Shown: positions 1 through 14,355 of the stretch, in pieces | Position numbering within the stretch: the first letter of the stretch is position 1 | How the letters are laid out: every line of letters begins with the position of its first letter | The notes under the pieces: generated by a model | Database searches by the model: none | What the model was told of the DNA's origin: nothing | What the model saw: only the letters and a program-made list of their open reading frames with translations | NCBI RefSeq assembly: GCF_009914755.1 | Contig: NC_060928.1 | Source: the human T2T-CHM13v2.0 reference genome, Homo sapiens | Strand: one strand, 5' to 3' | DNA: 64,000 nucleotides | Position numbers and translations under genes: made by a program

Positions 1-654
1 TGACATGCACACACTATTAAAGGATGAGACTAATTTCACTGTCCTAAAAATCTTTGCCATCCATTCATCCTCCCTGTGCAACCCCTGGAAACCAATAATC
101 TTTTAACTGTCGCCTGAGTTATGTTTTTTCCAAAATGTCATATCCATCCAGTATTTAGCCTTTTCAGATTAGCTTCTTTCACTTAGCAATATGCATTTAT
201 GGCCTTTCCATATCTTTTCATGGCTTGATAGCTCACCTCTTTTTAGCTTAATAATATTCCATTGTCTGAATGTACTAGAGTTTATTTATCCAGTCACCTA
301 CTGAAAGACACATTGGTTGCTTTCAATTTTGGCAATTACGAATAAAGCTGCTATAAATGTCCATGTGTAGGTTTTTTTGTGGACATAAGTTTTCAACTCC
401 TTTGCGTAAATACCAAGGAGTTCAGTTGCTAAATCCTATGGTAAGGGTATGTTTAGTTTTGTAAGAAATTGCCAACCTGTTTTCCAAAGAGGCTGTATCA
501 TTTTTGATTCCCATCAGCAATGAATGAGAATTCCTGTTGCTCCACATTCTTGTCAGCATTTGGTATTGTCAGTGTTCTGGAATTTGGCCATTCTAATAGG
601 TGTGTAGTTGTATGTTCATGTTGTTTTAATTTGTATTTCCCTAATGACATAATG
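1..654 (-). mobile_element. L1M (L1MC-like) 3' fragment
   Basis: Typical antisense L1 3' motifs: cttctttcacttagcaatatgcattt, aataaagctgctataaa, cccatcagcaatgaatgaga, tttccctaatgac. Confidence 0.85.
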
Positions 655-661
655 CTCTACA

Positions 662-1025
662 TGCTATACATTAAATATTTGTGTTCCCCCAAAATCCATT
701 TGTTGAAATTCTAACACCCATGACGATGGTATTAGGAAGTAGGATCTTTAAGACATGATTAAATTCTGAGGCTGGAGCCTTTATTAATGGGATAAGCACT
801 CTTATAAAAGAGGCCCCACAAAGAGATTCCTTACCCTTTTAACCATAAGATGTTATAGCCAAAAGATACTGTGCATGAATTGGGAAGTGGACCCTCGCCA
901 GACACCAAATTTTCTGATGTCTTTGATCTTGGACTACCCAGCCTACAGAAAAATGAGAAAATCTGTTGTTTATAAGCCACCCAGTCTGTGCTTTTCTATT
1001 ATAGAAAACAAAACAGAATAGGACA
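662..1025 (+). mobile_element. MLT1A-type MaLR solo LTR
   Basis: tgctat start, cccccaaaatccatttgttgaaattctaacacc, ttgatcttggactacccagcct, tgttgtttataagccacccagtct, ends gaca. Confidence 0.85.
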
Positions 1026-1912
1026 GTGCATTTTTGAGTTCTTTATTTTGATACACATTTCACCGAGAATATATAGGTAGGTAAATTTCTTGTTAAGGGT
1101 CTTAGCATTTTTTAGAATGTCTTTTGTTTTATTTGAGTAATAGTGGATCTGTTATGCACTGCATTCAACATTTTTTATGAATTAGCAAGAAAGGTTTTAT
1201 TTCACTAGCCTCACATTCTGATCCCATTTTTCTCACTTAATGAATTTATGCTATAGCATTATATAGGTAAGATATTATTTAATCTATCAGTGATTAGCAT
1301 TTTTCTTATTTAGATGGTATTACATAATAGCACAGGGTATAAACACCTGAAAATTACACAGAAAATAACAAGAGGAGCAATTTGAGCAGTAAAAACATAT
1401 GTACTATGAAGTAACTGTAGTATTAGAGAAAAATAGTTCTTAAAATCAGACATCTTTATTTCTACTTCTTTTTCTATAGACAGTACAATGACTATATAAA
1501 ATGTTACAATGCACATATAGATCTGAGTTAAGCAATGTCTATTATTTTTATTTTTAAACATTTTGTCATTTTCCCCAACACTGTGAATGCTGCTTTGAAT
1601 TAAACATTTCAGTAGAAATCAAAGACATGTTTATACAGCTTGAGCTGCAACAGTTTGCCTTATAAAATACCTTGCAAATAAATAATGATATACATATTTT
1701 TGCCTAAACTCTTCAGGAAACGCATTGAGATTTAAAGCTCCTTTCAGACAATGACCAAAGCAGACAAGACCCTCTGGAGTCCTCTATTTTCTGAAGTGTT
1801 CCAGCACGATGCTTTTTGATGATCAGCTGTTTCCCTGTGTGTTGAGCTTAACTTGTTGGGTTGTATTTTCCTTGTTAAATGTCGAACTTTTTATTCGTTT
1901 ACTTGTTTTACA

Positions 1913-1987
1913 AACAAAATTACAACTACTCAATCTCTTCAATTTTGACAATGTCTTACCAACAAAATTATAACTACTCAATCTCTT
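1913..1987 (+). repeat. Local 27-bp direct repeat, 48-bp period
   Basis: aacaaaattacaactactcaatctctt (1913-1939) vs aacaaaattataactactcaatctctt (1961-1987), 1 mismatch. Confidence 0.9.
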
Positions 1988-4001
1988 ACTTATTGAAACA
2001 AGACAAACAAAAGAAAACAGCATAATTGAAGATTTAGCTGAAGAGAAAGTAATTAGAAACATGCCAAATAATTTCATACCTAAATCAAAGAAATGCCAAC
2101 GTGAGCATGCACATTGTTTGTACAGTTAAAGCTTCTCTTCATAATTTGAATGCAGAAAATACTTATGAGGGTTTAAAAGGGATGAAAGAGCCACATTCCT
2201 TTGACTAATAAGCTTGTTTATAAATGAAAGTCAAATTTAAAACAGGCATTTTTGTTAGAAAAGATGCTGTTTTATGCAAGGTTACAAAACCGTAAGTAGT
2301 TATGGTCAGGGCTCTTCTGGAGAAAGAAAAATTGGGAGTCAATTTGGAAATATAATCATCCTTCCTAATAAGAAAATGCTGTCATCAGAAGGGTATAAGT
2401 CATTCGTTCCTCATCATCAAAATCTACTTGCCTTAATTTATCTGAACCATGCCAGCAGGTATATATCTATAGAAATAAAGGGATTGAACAAGTTGTCAAC
2501 TTACAGCTTTGACAATACTGCTAATCAGAAACTCAGCAAGCTCTACTGTATCATGCTTCAATCATTGGAACAATAAAGAACCCAGAGCTTTAGGGTATCA
2601 CAAGAAAAATGTCAGAACAAGTTATACGTCGGCACTGTGAGGCCCAGAGATTGACAATTTAATTAGGATTAATGGTAATTGTTTTTAAAAGAAAAAATGA
2701 ATGCTCAGATAATTTCCTTGGAAGTTCAAACACAAATAAACAGGACAACTTTACTGTTTAGATATATGATTCTTTTTATTATACAACGAGTATAAAACTG
2801 AGGTGTTACATGAGACCTGCCTGCTAGAGATAGAGATAAACTTTGCTCGAACCTCCAAATTTTATTACATACGACAGTCGAGGGACTGTCTCAAAACCTT
2901 CAAAAAGTCATGCTTCTTTTGTTTAAGTGGCTCAATCCCACTCCCAAACATCCCCTCCCTGCTAAAAAAAGAAAAGCACACAAGCCATTCCCATCAACCT
3001 GTTTGTGAACTTAATAACTTTACTAATGGCTTACAGGTATACATGCTTTGCATAATGAGATTTCATTGTGAACTATTCTTAAGAGCTCTATATCCTTCCT
3101 TTCTACTATCATTTATTCTTCTTCCTTTTGAGGATCAACACAAAGTTACCACTTTATGTTACATAGAAACATTTAAAATCTTTGATGTCTCACATTGAAT
3201 ACCAAAGGCCTTGTCCAGTATTTTCCCCCATCAATTATAGTTCTCTTTCTAAGTGTAATACTGATGACAGCTGTTAATAAGATATAAAATAGGGTATTTA
3301 AACATTCTGAAGGAACCTTTTAGAATTGCTTCAGGAAGGTATAGAGCAAAAAGTTATTGAAATAATTTTGAGAAATTGTTTTAAGTTGGAAGTACATATA
3401 AAATAGCTTAGTGAAGATGATGTAAAATTGATAGATTGTAAAGAGCAAAGAAAGCACACATCTTAATCTTCTTCCATTTTTCTCAAACTCAAACTTTTTT
3501 AGTGCAATATGGTTTAAGAATTCCAAAATATTGGTTTCACAAGGAGATAATAAGAAACTAATGATGTATGTAAATAGAAATATGTTTCCAGGTCTTGATT
3601 ATTTCCATTTCATAACTCCAAAATAGACTTTCAATTGTTAGAACAGAGCCACTATTATTAATCTTTGAGTAATTACGGGAATGACATGGAATTTATGTGG
3701 CATTTCAAAATGGCAGAAAAGACAAATGGATCGTGGAACAGTAAGCCTGAAGTAAATATCTTAGAACATTTTATAATATAAATAAAATAAGTTTGAATAC
3801 TAAGAAAATAAGAAATTACAGTGAGGAATAATAATGTCTTATAAGGAATATTAATACCTAATTAATATTTTCTTTCTGTGAAATGTTTTCTTGAACATTG
3901 CTTTAAAGCAATGCCAAATACAGTATTTCAGATAAGCCTCTAAATATTTAGCTCTTACAGACAAAATTGAATAAAATATACAAATTATATGACAGTATTA
4001 A

Positions 4002-4079
4002 TTTAAAAAATGAGTTGAATCTACCTAGATACAATAGGTTTTAAACCTATTTTTAAAAATGAGTTGATGTCTACCTAGA
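4002..4079 (+). repeat. Direct repeat flanking a hairpin
   Basis: tttaaaaaatgagttgaatctacctaga / tttaaaaatgagttgatgtctacctaga with aataggtt-tta-aacctatt between. Confidence 0.85.
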
Positions 4080-4480
4080 GAGAATATAAATGCTAAACAT
4101 GTAGGTATTATATGTGATTTTTCCATGGATATTTTATGATTTATTCTACGATTATCTTATAATTTGATAATCATATAAAAGTATATTCCGTGAATTTTTA
4201 GGTAAAAAAATGCTGTAAACAAACAGCTAATGTGTTAGAAATCTCATCAATATTTATCAGGTTTTCAAAGGATCAAATTATCATCCAAAATTAAAAGAAA
4301 ATAACTTAGTTAATATCAAAGAACATATTGCTCTGTAATAAATTTTTGAAAAATCCTACAATGTAAGGAAACTTGGCAAAACAGCAGTCCATGTGTGAAA
4401 ATCTGAGATTTTTAGATGACTGTTATCCCAAGATGACTTTTATTATCTATTATCCCAAGATGATTTTTAGATGACTGTTA

Positions 4481-4573
4481 TCCAGGCTGGTCTCAAACTC
4501 CTCGTCTCAGTGATCCACCCACCTCACCTTCCCGAAGTGCTGGGATTACAGGCATAGGCTACTGCCCCAGGCT
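4481..4573 (-). mobile_element. Alu left-arm fragment
   Basis: ccaggctggtctcaaactcc...gtgctgggattacaggc; rest of Alu absent. Confidence 0.9.
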
Positions 4574-5206
4574 AAGATTTTTAACTACATTGATATTCTC
4601 TGTATTATTCCTCTGAGAGCTTGAGAATGGTAAGGATCAGAAATGAAGTAAAAAACAAGGTCTCCAATCACATATGAAAATACAAAAATTATTCTGAAAA
4701 TAACTCCCAGTTACAATGCTATTTCAAAGCACACTTTTTAAAACAGCAAAGTGCATTACAGTTTTTAATTCTAAATAAAGTTAAAAGTGAAAATATTTAG
4801 AAAATTTAATGTGATTTTCTTACTTTGATTTTGGGTTTATACCAATGAAGCAAATATAAGCTTTTTGTCTTATTTTGCTGAAATAATTTAAAAATAAAGA
4901 AATACAACACAATTTTAAAGCAGTACCTTTATTGCTTTTTAAAAAATTTTCCAGTGGATTAATCTGTTTATATTATTCTAAATTAAATTAGCATAGATGC
5001 ATGTGTGTGTATAATGTATTATATAGTTTATTTGTTCTAGCAAAATTATTTCTATTAGTGCACTGCCACTAAACCATTATTACAGACAGAATAATAAAAA
5101 TTGAGTAAATTTTTAACTTTAAAGCAAAATTCATGAGAGCAAAAACAACGTAATAAACTATCACACCAACGTAATTCTAACTCTCACATCCACACAGATA
5201 TCTTAC

Positions 5207-5244
5207 CTGCAATAGCTATTTTTCAGTCGTGTTTTATCTTCCAG
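5207..5244 (-). other. Candidate 38-nt exon (unverified)
   Basis: Minus strand: gtcattttcag|ctggaagataaaacacgactgaaaaatagctattgcag|gtaaga; one frame open (LEDKTRLKNSYC). Confidence 0.25.
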
Positions 5245-5379
5245 CTGAAAATGACAGTGAATTAAACTGACCGTATTATATGCTATGGTAATCACATATT
5301 GTCTAAAATGTTATTCTAATTGAGTCATTTTAGAATGTTTTCATTATATTTTCCTATTACAAATAATAAAAACAATGAA

Positions 5380-5470
5380 ACACTGAGTCCTTATTATGTG
5401 ACAGGCACGCTTATAAAGGCTTTATGTGTATTAACTCATTTAATACTTAAAACTAACTCTTCCCCTATTA
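5380..5470 (-). mobile_element. MIR fragment
   Basis: ttattatgtgacaggcac...tttatgtgtattaactcatttaat. Confidence 0.6.
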
Positions 5471-5639
5471 GATAGGAGTCTATGATGATGAGAAGTCTCA
5501 GGACATCTACGTTTGTTTTATAATATAGTTTGTTTCAGAATGCCATGAATTTATTTTACTTTATTATTGTTCCTTATTTTGTCAGCTTTACAGAATAATT
5601 CCTGAATATAATCAATGCAAATTTTTGGTTTCAAAAATT

Positions 5640-6260
5640 TTATTCTGAAATAACTCAAATGTCCATCAACAGGAGGACGTAAAAACAAATTGTGGCCTAT
5701 TCGTGCACTAGAATGGAACTGAGCAATGAAAAGCCAGAAATTAAATGCATCAACATGAATGAATCTCAACAACATTGTTGAGACCAAAAGAAATTAGAAT
5801 AAAAAGAGACGAAATTGTAGGCTTCCATTATTAAAAAAGTTTCCAAATAGGAAAACTAAACTAAAATGAAAAAAACAAAATCAGAACAACTGCCAATTCT
5901 GGAGATTTAAGGGGGAATGGTGAAAATTGACTAGAATGAAAATACAGAAACATTCTGGTGAGAAAAAAATTCTTCTATGACACCCTAGGGTTATGGGTTA
6001 TCTGGGTGTATCTGTTTTTCAAAACTGTAAAGCTAACCTTTGTGCATTAGAATATGTGATATTTTACCTTCAGGAAAAACAACTGTAAATAGAGTAGTTA
6101 TAGTAGTGATTGAGATGTGGAGAGTAGACAGCGGTATAGGTGGTAGATGAATGAAAAATGTTGATAAAAGTTGAGTGATGAATACATGGGGCTTTATTTT
6201 ACTATAGCTTTATTTTATATACTTGGAATTTTTAATTTGAAATATAAAATTTTTAAAAAG
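5640..6260 (+). mobile_element. Old L1M (L1ME/L1MC-like) 3' region
   Basis: caaatgtccatcaacagg, caacatgaatgaatctcaacaacatt, tacatggggctttattttacta. Confidence 0.75.
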
Positions 6261-6421
6261 CCATTTCAAGTGTTTTCCCTAAAGGCTGTAGGTTACTGTC
6301 ATCAATACTTGGTTAAGAGGTACATAAAGTTTCATAGTATTAACAAATAAAGCATTAGATAATTATAGGAAATTCAAAAAGAAAATTTAAACTAAGATAA
6401 AACTAGCTCTAAGAAAGGAGG

Positions 6422-6817
<396 letters not shown>

Positions 6818-7596
6818 CTAATAAGCAGTGATTTTTTTTTTCTTTTTTTGTGAACTGAAGCTACTCCTGAAATGAGAAATAGACAATGCTTCTAGCTTTT
6901 TTCCAGACTTTTAGACTTTCACTTGAACAGTAATTTCCTGTATGTGTGAGATACACAGATACATAGATAAAGCCTTTTTTTTTTGCAACTATCTCATCAA
7001 ATCTCGTATTCACAATAAAGTTATTTCCATGTTGAGTACATGGTCTTAATAAAAATCGTGTTATGAAAGCATACAGTGGGTTGTGTAAGCAGTGTGTGAA
7101 TATTGGTTTCAATATTACACTATTGTATTTCTTGATAATGCTAGAGAAAATGTAATTTGCAATGCATTTATATAAGGGCTAAAATAATTTGTGGCATCAT
7201 TTTTATTGCGCATTCATGGCTCATATCAGTTTAAAGCTTAAAAAGCTGTATTTTTCTCCATTAAAAAGTTGTATCTCACTCTAACATTGCATTTCAGATT
7301 TATTTCAGTGCACTAATCATAGTAACAGAAATGCCACTTATTCTAACACATTTGAAGAAACTGAATGGACTCATTATTTGGTTATTATCAACTTTTAGTT
7401 CTGAATTCCTATGGGTTTTCATGCAATGCACTCTAGTACATTCAGAAACAGGAGAGAGGGTTATATTCAGGTAGAAGCAGTTTGGCTAATGTGTTGGATA
7501 TTTTACAGCTATTTTCTTGGCCACGTTATAACATTCTGAAAAAAATCACAGAATCATCCATTTAACACCTCATTTTAGACTGTGCTGTGTTCTAAC

Positions 7597-7786
7597 CAGA
7601 GGTCAGCAAACTTTTGCTGTGCAGGATCAGAGAGTAATGTTTTAAGTTTTGCAGACCATAAAGTCTCTTGATTCAACTCAGTCATTGTAACAAAAACAGT
7701 CATAAACAATGAAATGAAAGGACATGGCCATGTTCTATCAAATCTTTATTTACAAAATCAACCTGCAAGCTGCATGCCAACCTCTG
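7597..7786 (+). mobile_element. MER58A (hAT-Charlie MITE)
   Basis: Terminal inverted repeats cagaggtcagca...tgccaacctctg; internal tgttctatcaaatctttatttacaaaa. Confidence 0.85.
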
Positions 7787-7799
7787 TTCTGGACTCATG

Positions 7800-7900
7800 C
7801 ATCACAAACTTCAATGTGCATAAAAATCTACAAAGATTCTCATTCAGTAAGGTCTGGTGAGGAGCCCAAGAATTTGAGTTTTGAACTGATTTTCTGTATG
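7800..7900. mobile_element. MER5-type hAT fragment
   Basis: gattctcattcagtaaggtctggtgaggagcccaagaattt. Confidence 0.6.
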
Positions 7901-8210
7901 ATTTAAGCTACATGACTTAAACATTGTGCACCTCATTTTCTATAGCTGTAAAAAGAGCTCAAGAGTTTCTTCCCTACCTGCTCAACACATTTTGTAAAAA
8001 TTGAGCAGACTAATATATGTAAAATTTAATAAGTAGCATACAGAGTAAGAAACAAGCATTATGAAGACAACGTATTGAGGATTTCTTCCCACTTGACTAC
8101 TTTTTCCCAGTTCTGTACACCAGAATCTCAATGGTGTAAGTCATAATAGAGCCATAATAGGGTCTATTTCAAATACCCTTCTTTCATAGTTTCCAAGAAC
8201 ATGTTAAAGA

Positions 8211-8640
8211 TTTATTAGTTTCCAATTGTTGCTGTAACAAACTATCACAAACTTAGGAGCTTCAAACAACACAAATTTTTCCTCTCAAGTGCTGGGGGTC
8301 AGAAGTTTAAAATGAATCTTATGGGATTAAAACTAAGGTGCCAGCAGAACAGATTCCTTCTGGAATTTTGAAGGTGGTACCTGTTCCCTGCCTTTTCCAA
8401 CATTAGTGGCTGCCCTCATTCTTTTACTCAGGGCCTCATATCACATAGCCTTTATCCCTTTTTTTTCTCATATAACTTTCTTTTATAAGGACCCTTGGAT
8501 AATTCAGAATCATCTCTTCATCCCCATATCCTTGACTTGACCACATCTGCAAAGTTCTTTTTCCATGTAAAGTAACATATTGATAGGTTCTGGGTCCTAG
8601 GACATGGATATTTTTGGGGACCGTGATTCACCCTAACACA
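8211..8640 (-). mobile_element. MLT1C-type MaLR LTR
   Basis: tattagtttcc...gctgtaacaaactatcacaaactta; ttataaggaccctt; cacatctgcaaag; ggacatggatatttttgggg. Confidence 0.85.
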
Positions 8641-8998
8641 CAAGAGTATGAACAAGGTAAAAATAAAGTCGGGGGGTGGGGTGGGGAATTGAGTTTTCCA
8701 TAGAAAGAGAATGATAATGGACAGAACATAGAATTCTGAAACTTTCCTGTCAGAGTTGCCAATGTTTAGGGTCCTAGAGCAGAGAGGATAAGGTGTCCTT
8801 TAAGAGGAGGCTTTGTCGAAACCTGAACCAATAGCAGAAGGGTGAGATATGCCTAACTAAGTTGGAGAGTTTTTGGTCTCGGTGATAGGCAGGCCTAGTT
8901 TGCCTATAAAACTGAAAATGGGCTAATGAACATTGCAGCACCTTTTCCTCTAGGCAAAGTCCTCTAAGCCCTTCAGCCTTCTGTGTTTAGGTTGATTG

Positions 8999-9259
8999 TG
9001 TCAACCTTAATAACAGAGAGGGAGACTCTCTAAAAGAAAATGGTATGTATTTGAGAATCGGCATTGCAATGGGAATACACAGGCCATAGTAAACTATGTG
9101 CATATTCAGGAAGGTAAAAGAAGACAAAGCATTTTAAAGAAAAAATGAGAATTACATAATTATTTTGAGATAATTATACTTGGCGACAAAGATTAATAAC
9201 AAGGGTGGCACAAGTCCAAGTTTGGACAGGCAGTTGCTTGGCAGATGTTCTCAAGAAGC

Positions 9260-9308
<49 letters not shown>

Positions 9309-9470
9309 GTTTGTAATTACATTTGCACAAGATTGTGGTTTTTGCAGTCTTCTGTGATAGTTTTTGTTATCAGGCATTCATATATAAGAACCCTCACTTC
9401 ATGGCCTTCCCCAGCTCTATTTGTCAGGGTTTTAACACAAGTGACTCCATTTTGATTCTTACAGCTTTCA
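8999..9470 (-). mobile_element. MER65-type LTR (3' LTR of provirus)
   Basis: Minus strand begins tgaaagctgtaagaatcaaaatggagtcac and ends ggttgaca; preceded by purine tract aaaaggaggaaa (9475-9486); homologous to 17927-18292. Confidence 0.85.
9263..9306 (+). repeat. (GT)22 microsatellite
   Basis: Direct count. Confidence 0.98.
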
Positions 9471-10568
9471 GACATTTCCTCCTTTTGATCAAGATCTTTA
9501 CCCACAACCCACAAGCATTGATGATCAATTTCCTGTATTTAAGTTTTGATTGTCCCTTGGTGCCTAGATGAACCTGTCCTGGTTGGTCTGGTCTGGTCCC
9601 ACATCAGAGACAGTAATTGATGAGTAAGTCAGTGTCAAAACTTTCTTATCTACATTTGAGCAATTTCAAAGGAGGTATGGAGGTAGTGGTTCTCAGGCTA
9701 GGTCTACCTGGGTCCATGGTAAGTTCAATATGTCTGTTCCACAGGTATTGATTATCATCTCAAAGTGCTAGGCCAACATTACTCTCATAGGGGTTGTACC
9801 TCTGGAAAAAATTAATGAGTAACAAGAACAAAAATTAAAAAGAAAAATACAAAGAAAAATTAATAGTGATATGATAATCTCAGTTTACATAATAGTTTGA
9901 GCTATAAACCTGGGCTTAAAGGAAACCAATTAAATAAATCAAATAATCATGGGAAATTAGGTGACACTTTTTTTTTTTTAACCACGTGGCCTATTTTCTT
10001 ACTTTTTTTGTATATAGACCTCACCTTTCCCTGAGGGATTTGTCCAGATACAGCATGTAATGTTAGTAATAGCAAAGACATTTCCTTGTTTAACCAATAG
10101 ATTACATAGAGCAATTTTATCATCTAGTATCCCATGACTAGGCTGAATTCGAGCAGAGCGTGAGCAATGGCTGTATGAGAAATATTGCCATACTCACCCA
10201 CTAGGTAGACTAAAGCATCTCATAGCTCAGGTTCAGTCAAGTTACCAGCAGAAGCTACTGAATGTGAAATTTCAATTACACCATTATCCTGCCAAGTGTA
10301 AAAAGTAGGCGTTAAAAGGGGAAAGAGTCTCATTATGATATGGAGTCTTGTTCCAATGTCTTGGAAAAAAGCTATCTACAGCATGCAGCTATCAACTTAT
10401 CATTCTAGTTTGCAGTTTGAATGTTTCTGGTTATGGCACCAGGCAGTTTGGTGAACTTTCTGTGTGACCCATACATCAGGCACGAAACTTACCTCTTAGA
10501 ATTCATCTGGTTTCAGCTTATACAGCTTCAGTACAGACCAGTTCCCATTTTTAGTAATATTACGGAAG

Positions 10569-10875
10569 TGTTAATGGGAGGGGAATGGAGTTTATAACGA
10601 GCAAAAGACTATTCCTAGGCAAGTTATTAGAGGAGTACACATGCTCACTAGTGAGGAAAAGCCCCTAACTCAGTTATCTCCGGTTAGGGCTTACTAAGTC
10701 CCTTCTGGGTCAGAAGAGCCCAGCCACAAGGCCAAGTGCAGCCACTGTGGCCATGGTTCTCTTTTTGCTGACTGTCAGTATCTCCAAGGATTCTATCAAT
10801 GGGCAGCATTTCTAAGATCTCTTTCCTGGGGGGAACCCTTACCTGCTCATGTCTGGCTATGTGCCTATTCTAACA
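10569..10875 (-). mobile_element. Nested solo LTR (MER4-group; MER66/MER83/MER50-like)
   Basis: TG...CA bounded 307 bp, GC-richer than flanks; minus strand starts tgttagaataggcacatagccagacatgagcagg. Confidence 0.7.
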
Positions 10876-11507
10876 TAAAAAGGTTGGACTGGAGAAATCC
10901 AGAATTCAGGATCTAGTCAGTTTATAGTAGGTAATAAGAACTCTAAAACAATGCCTAGGGCTAAAGTCTTATAACAGGTGTTTTATAGCTTTTCTTTAGA
11001 AACAAAACATTTTTCTCTTTACATTGATCAGACAAGAATCTCAGATGGAAAAATCTTTCCAGGCTTGGAAGCCAAACCAAGGCAGATTTCAGATTTTACC
11101 TTCAGTCTTGAAGTTTCTAGGACTGTCAGGAAGTGACAATTTTTATTCACTGACAGTAAGGTTTGGAACCCTTGAAGCTGGGCATTCTATGCTAGTTCTC
11201 AAAAAAGATATTCCAGTTAAGGCTTTGTTTTATAATTAATGCTTCCGATTGTATCATTTTCTAAAGAGACAGCAAAATTTTATTAAACTTATACAAATAA
11301 ACATATTACCACAAGAATACCCACACATAGTTTCCAAATTTCAGAGGGATCAAATAGAGAGAAAAAGTAAATGTTTCCACCTTTATTCACAAAAACAGAC
11401 TTTACCAAATTGCTGTATTAACTACGATAGCTTAAAAGAAAAAGTTTTCTTAAATTTGGAAAATAAAACATTTAAGTTAAGAATCAATAGTTTCAAAAAA
11501 GTCATAA

Positions 11508-11806
<299 letters not shown>

Positions 11807-14355
11807 TCATAAAATTTTTATCTTCATCAGTTAATTAATCTCTGTAATTAATTTTTGTTCAGCTTGATATTGTTTGGAAGTTTCTCAAATTGGTCAGGTT
11901 CATCATTTCAGAAATTTTTAGAGTTCTAAGAATTTTTTATGTCATCCTTTGACCTTAAAGTTACTAGAAACCTACACTTAAGAGTACTTCTTAGTCTTTT
12001 ACATGCATCTGAAGGAAGTGCTTTTAGAGAAAAATCAAAACTGTAGATGACAGAGACAGATGAGCCATAGTTAAAAATCTGATGGAAGTTTGTTATAATC
12101 AGCAATTGACAAGAAAATTTGGTTATTTTTGTAATATACAACATAATAACCAGAATTATGTCTGATGCCATATTAGGTTTCTAAACCTTTTATGCAATTT
12201 TGGATTATCCATATCAATAACATACCCATAAATGTAATTGAAAGAATAACTAGCATCACTTACCATTTGACAATGTTTCCTACATAATTCACCAAATTAA
12301 TGTAATGATCTAATATCTCTATAGGACAAGAGTTCCATTTTTTGAGGCTCTCTCAAGGCCCAGCTGAAAAATCCCAAAGTTAGTTCTAGGTCAAAAAGAC
12401 TTAGAATTTTGATACTGAGGAAGCTCATCAAAGATGCCAAAAGGTTCAAAACACTTCATCAAAACAGGACTGCAGGTAACTGTGAAATAATAGTATTTCT
12501 TTAACCAGGGTGATAATCAAAATAAATAAAGTACATGACTGTAAAAGCAAAATAAAACAAATTTAACTTTTTCAAAGTTCAGCTTTCCTAAGTTATCAAA
12601 AAATCTAATAAAGGCAACAAAGGAAATTATCTTGATAAAACATGAAATCCTTGTTTCGTAGGCCTGTTACCAAAAAAGAAAAAAACAAATCTACTGAAGA
12701 GTGATTGCTTCTCCTTAAAGAAAACTCTTTTAGGTAAACTGGAAAGTAAACCTAGTACTTAAATTTAATCAGATGTAGTAAGACAGTGTACAAGGTTATG
12801 ATTGTACAACATAATACACAGGAATGTAAACAGAAAATTAGGACCTTGAGCAAGGGAATACATGGCTCTTAGTAACAGCATGGGAAGTTTCCTGGTTACA
12901 TGAAAAAAAAAATTAGACACATCAAGAAATGCCAAGAGCACAGAATGAATTTATGCTTGAGGAAAACTTTGCTTTTTTAGGCCTTCAAGAAAGAACATTT
13001 CAGCATCAGGCCATAACAGCAGAGTTAAGACCGAAGAAAAAATTATGAGAGCTGATGAAAAAGTTGAAGGAAAGAGTTATGAGCACAGCCAAGCAAAAAG
13101 ATGTACCTTCTCAAGGGGAGAAAGAGGAAGAACAAAAGGCAATGATGTATGACCTGCAAATCACATAAAGTTAGATAAAGCAAAAGTTGAACTTCTGAGA
13201 TAGAAACTTGAGAAGCTTCAAGAGGAAAAATCTACCTCAAGAAATGAAATAATCTAAATAAAGACAGAATTTTCAATCTAAATCCAGAAAAATTAAATAA
13301 ATCTCAGGAAGAAATATGGCACAAATAGAAACTGTAAAACAGGAAGAAGCTGCAGTTTAGAAGATGGTTGAATGGTTGAAATTTTTTTTAAACATATTTC
13401 GGAATTAAACCAAAACCTAGCAAATTTTACTAAGAGCAAACACTTCAAGAAACCTTATTGTTTGAACACAAGGAACCAAATTGTTAGTTTTGTATCAGTG
13501 TATTTTTAATACCAAAGCTCAGTCTTTAGAAAGACACACAAATAATTCTCTTACAATTATAGCCAACCTGATCACACACAAATTTCCATCATAAATTCAT
13601 CTTTCACAAACCTTCCATCACTTACTCAGACATTCCATGACATGAGCAGAACTTCAGCTTTGTCCTACACTTCCTCTTTCTTACATAACCAGTCATTTGA
13701 CTTTAGGACAAAAATTTACCACATAAGATTCTTTCTCATAAAAAAATTATTATTTTTTTGTTTTTAATCTACCTTACCAAAAATGCATTTTCATATGTAT
13801 AACTTTCTTCATATGTCTTTGTTCTACTAACTGGTTCCTCTCCATCATGTTTCTACTTACTTCCTTCTAAGTCCATATTTTGATACAAACTTTTAATAAC
13901 CTCTGAATTTAGACAAAATTATTCTTTAGTTCAGTAAAGAACATATTTTTATTTCCTTCTTATACTTTCTCTTATCAAAAACATCTTTTTGGGTCACTTT
14001 CTATACAGTATTATATATACACATTAGAATTTTTAACACTTAAAAACTTCTTTTCTAGTGAAAACCTAGGAAGCAATAAATTTTGCACTGTGTCACTTAT
14101 CAGTATTATCTAGATAAGAACCATTTTATAATTTTTTAGAAACATGCTTCCCTGTAACATAATTATGTGAATTAATAGACTCAAATATATATAGTTTTTC
14201 TATAAAACTTAAGAAGTCAATAACAAATGTATGCTTACATTTAGAAATTTTTGTTTTAGCATTTTTTTCTTATTTGGAAGTGACTTAGACATTTAATGAG
14301 TATCTATCACTTAATTTAAAATAACATAACTTTAGACTTTCAAACTTCAATTAGC

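Noticed and set aside
8671-8686. G-rich run as G-quadruplex
   Set aside because: Only three separated G tracts; marginal.
8987-9010. Inverted repeat ttaggttga/tcaaccttaa at the LTR boundary, suggesting a tail-to-tail second LTR
   Set aside because: Similarity does not extend convincingly beyond ~15 bp.
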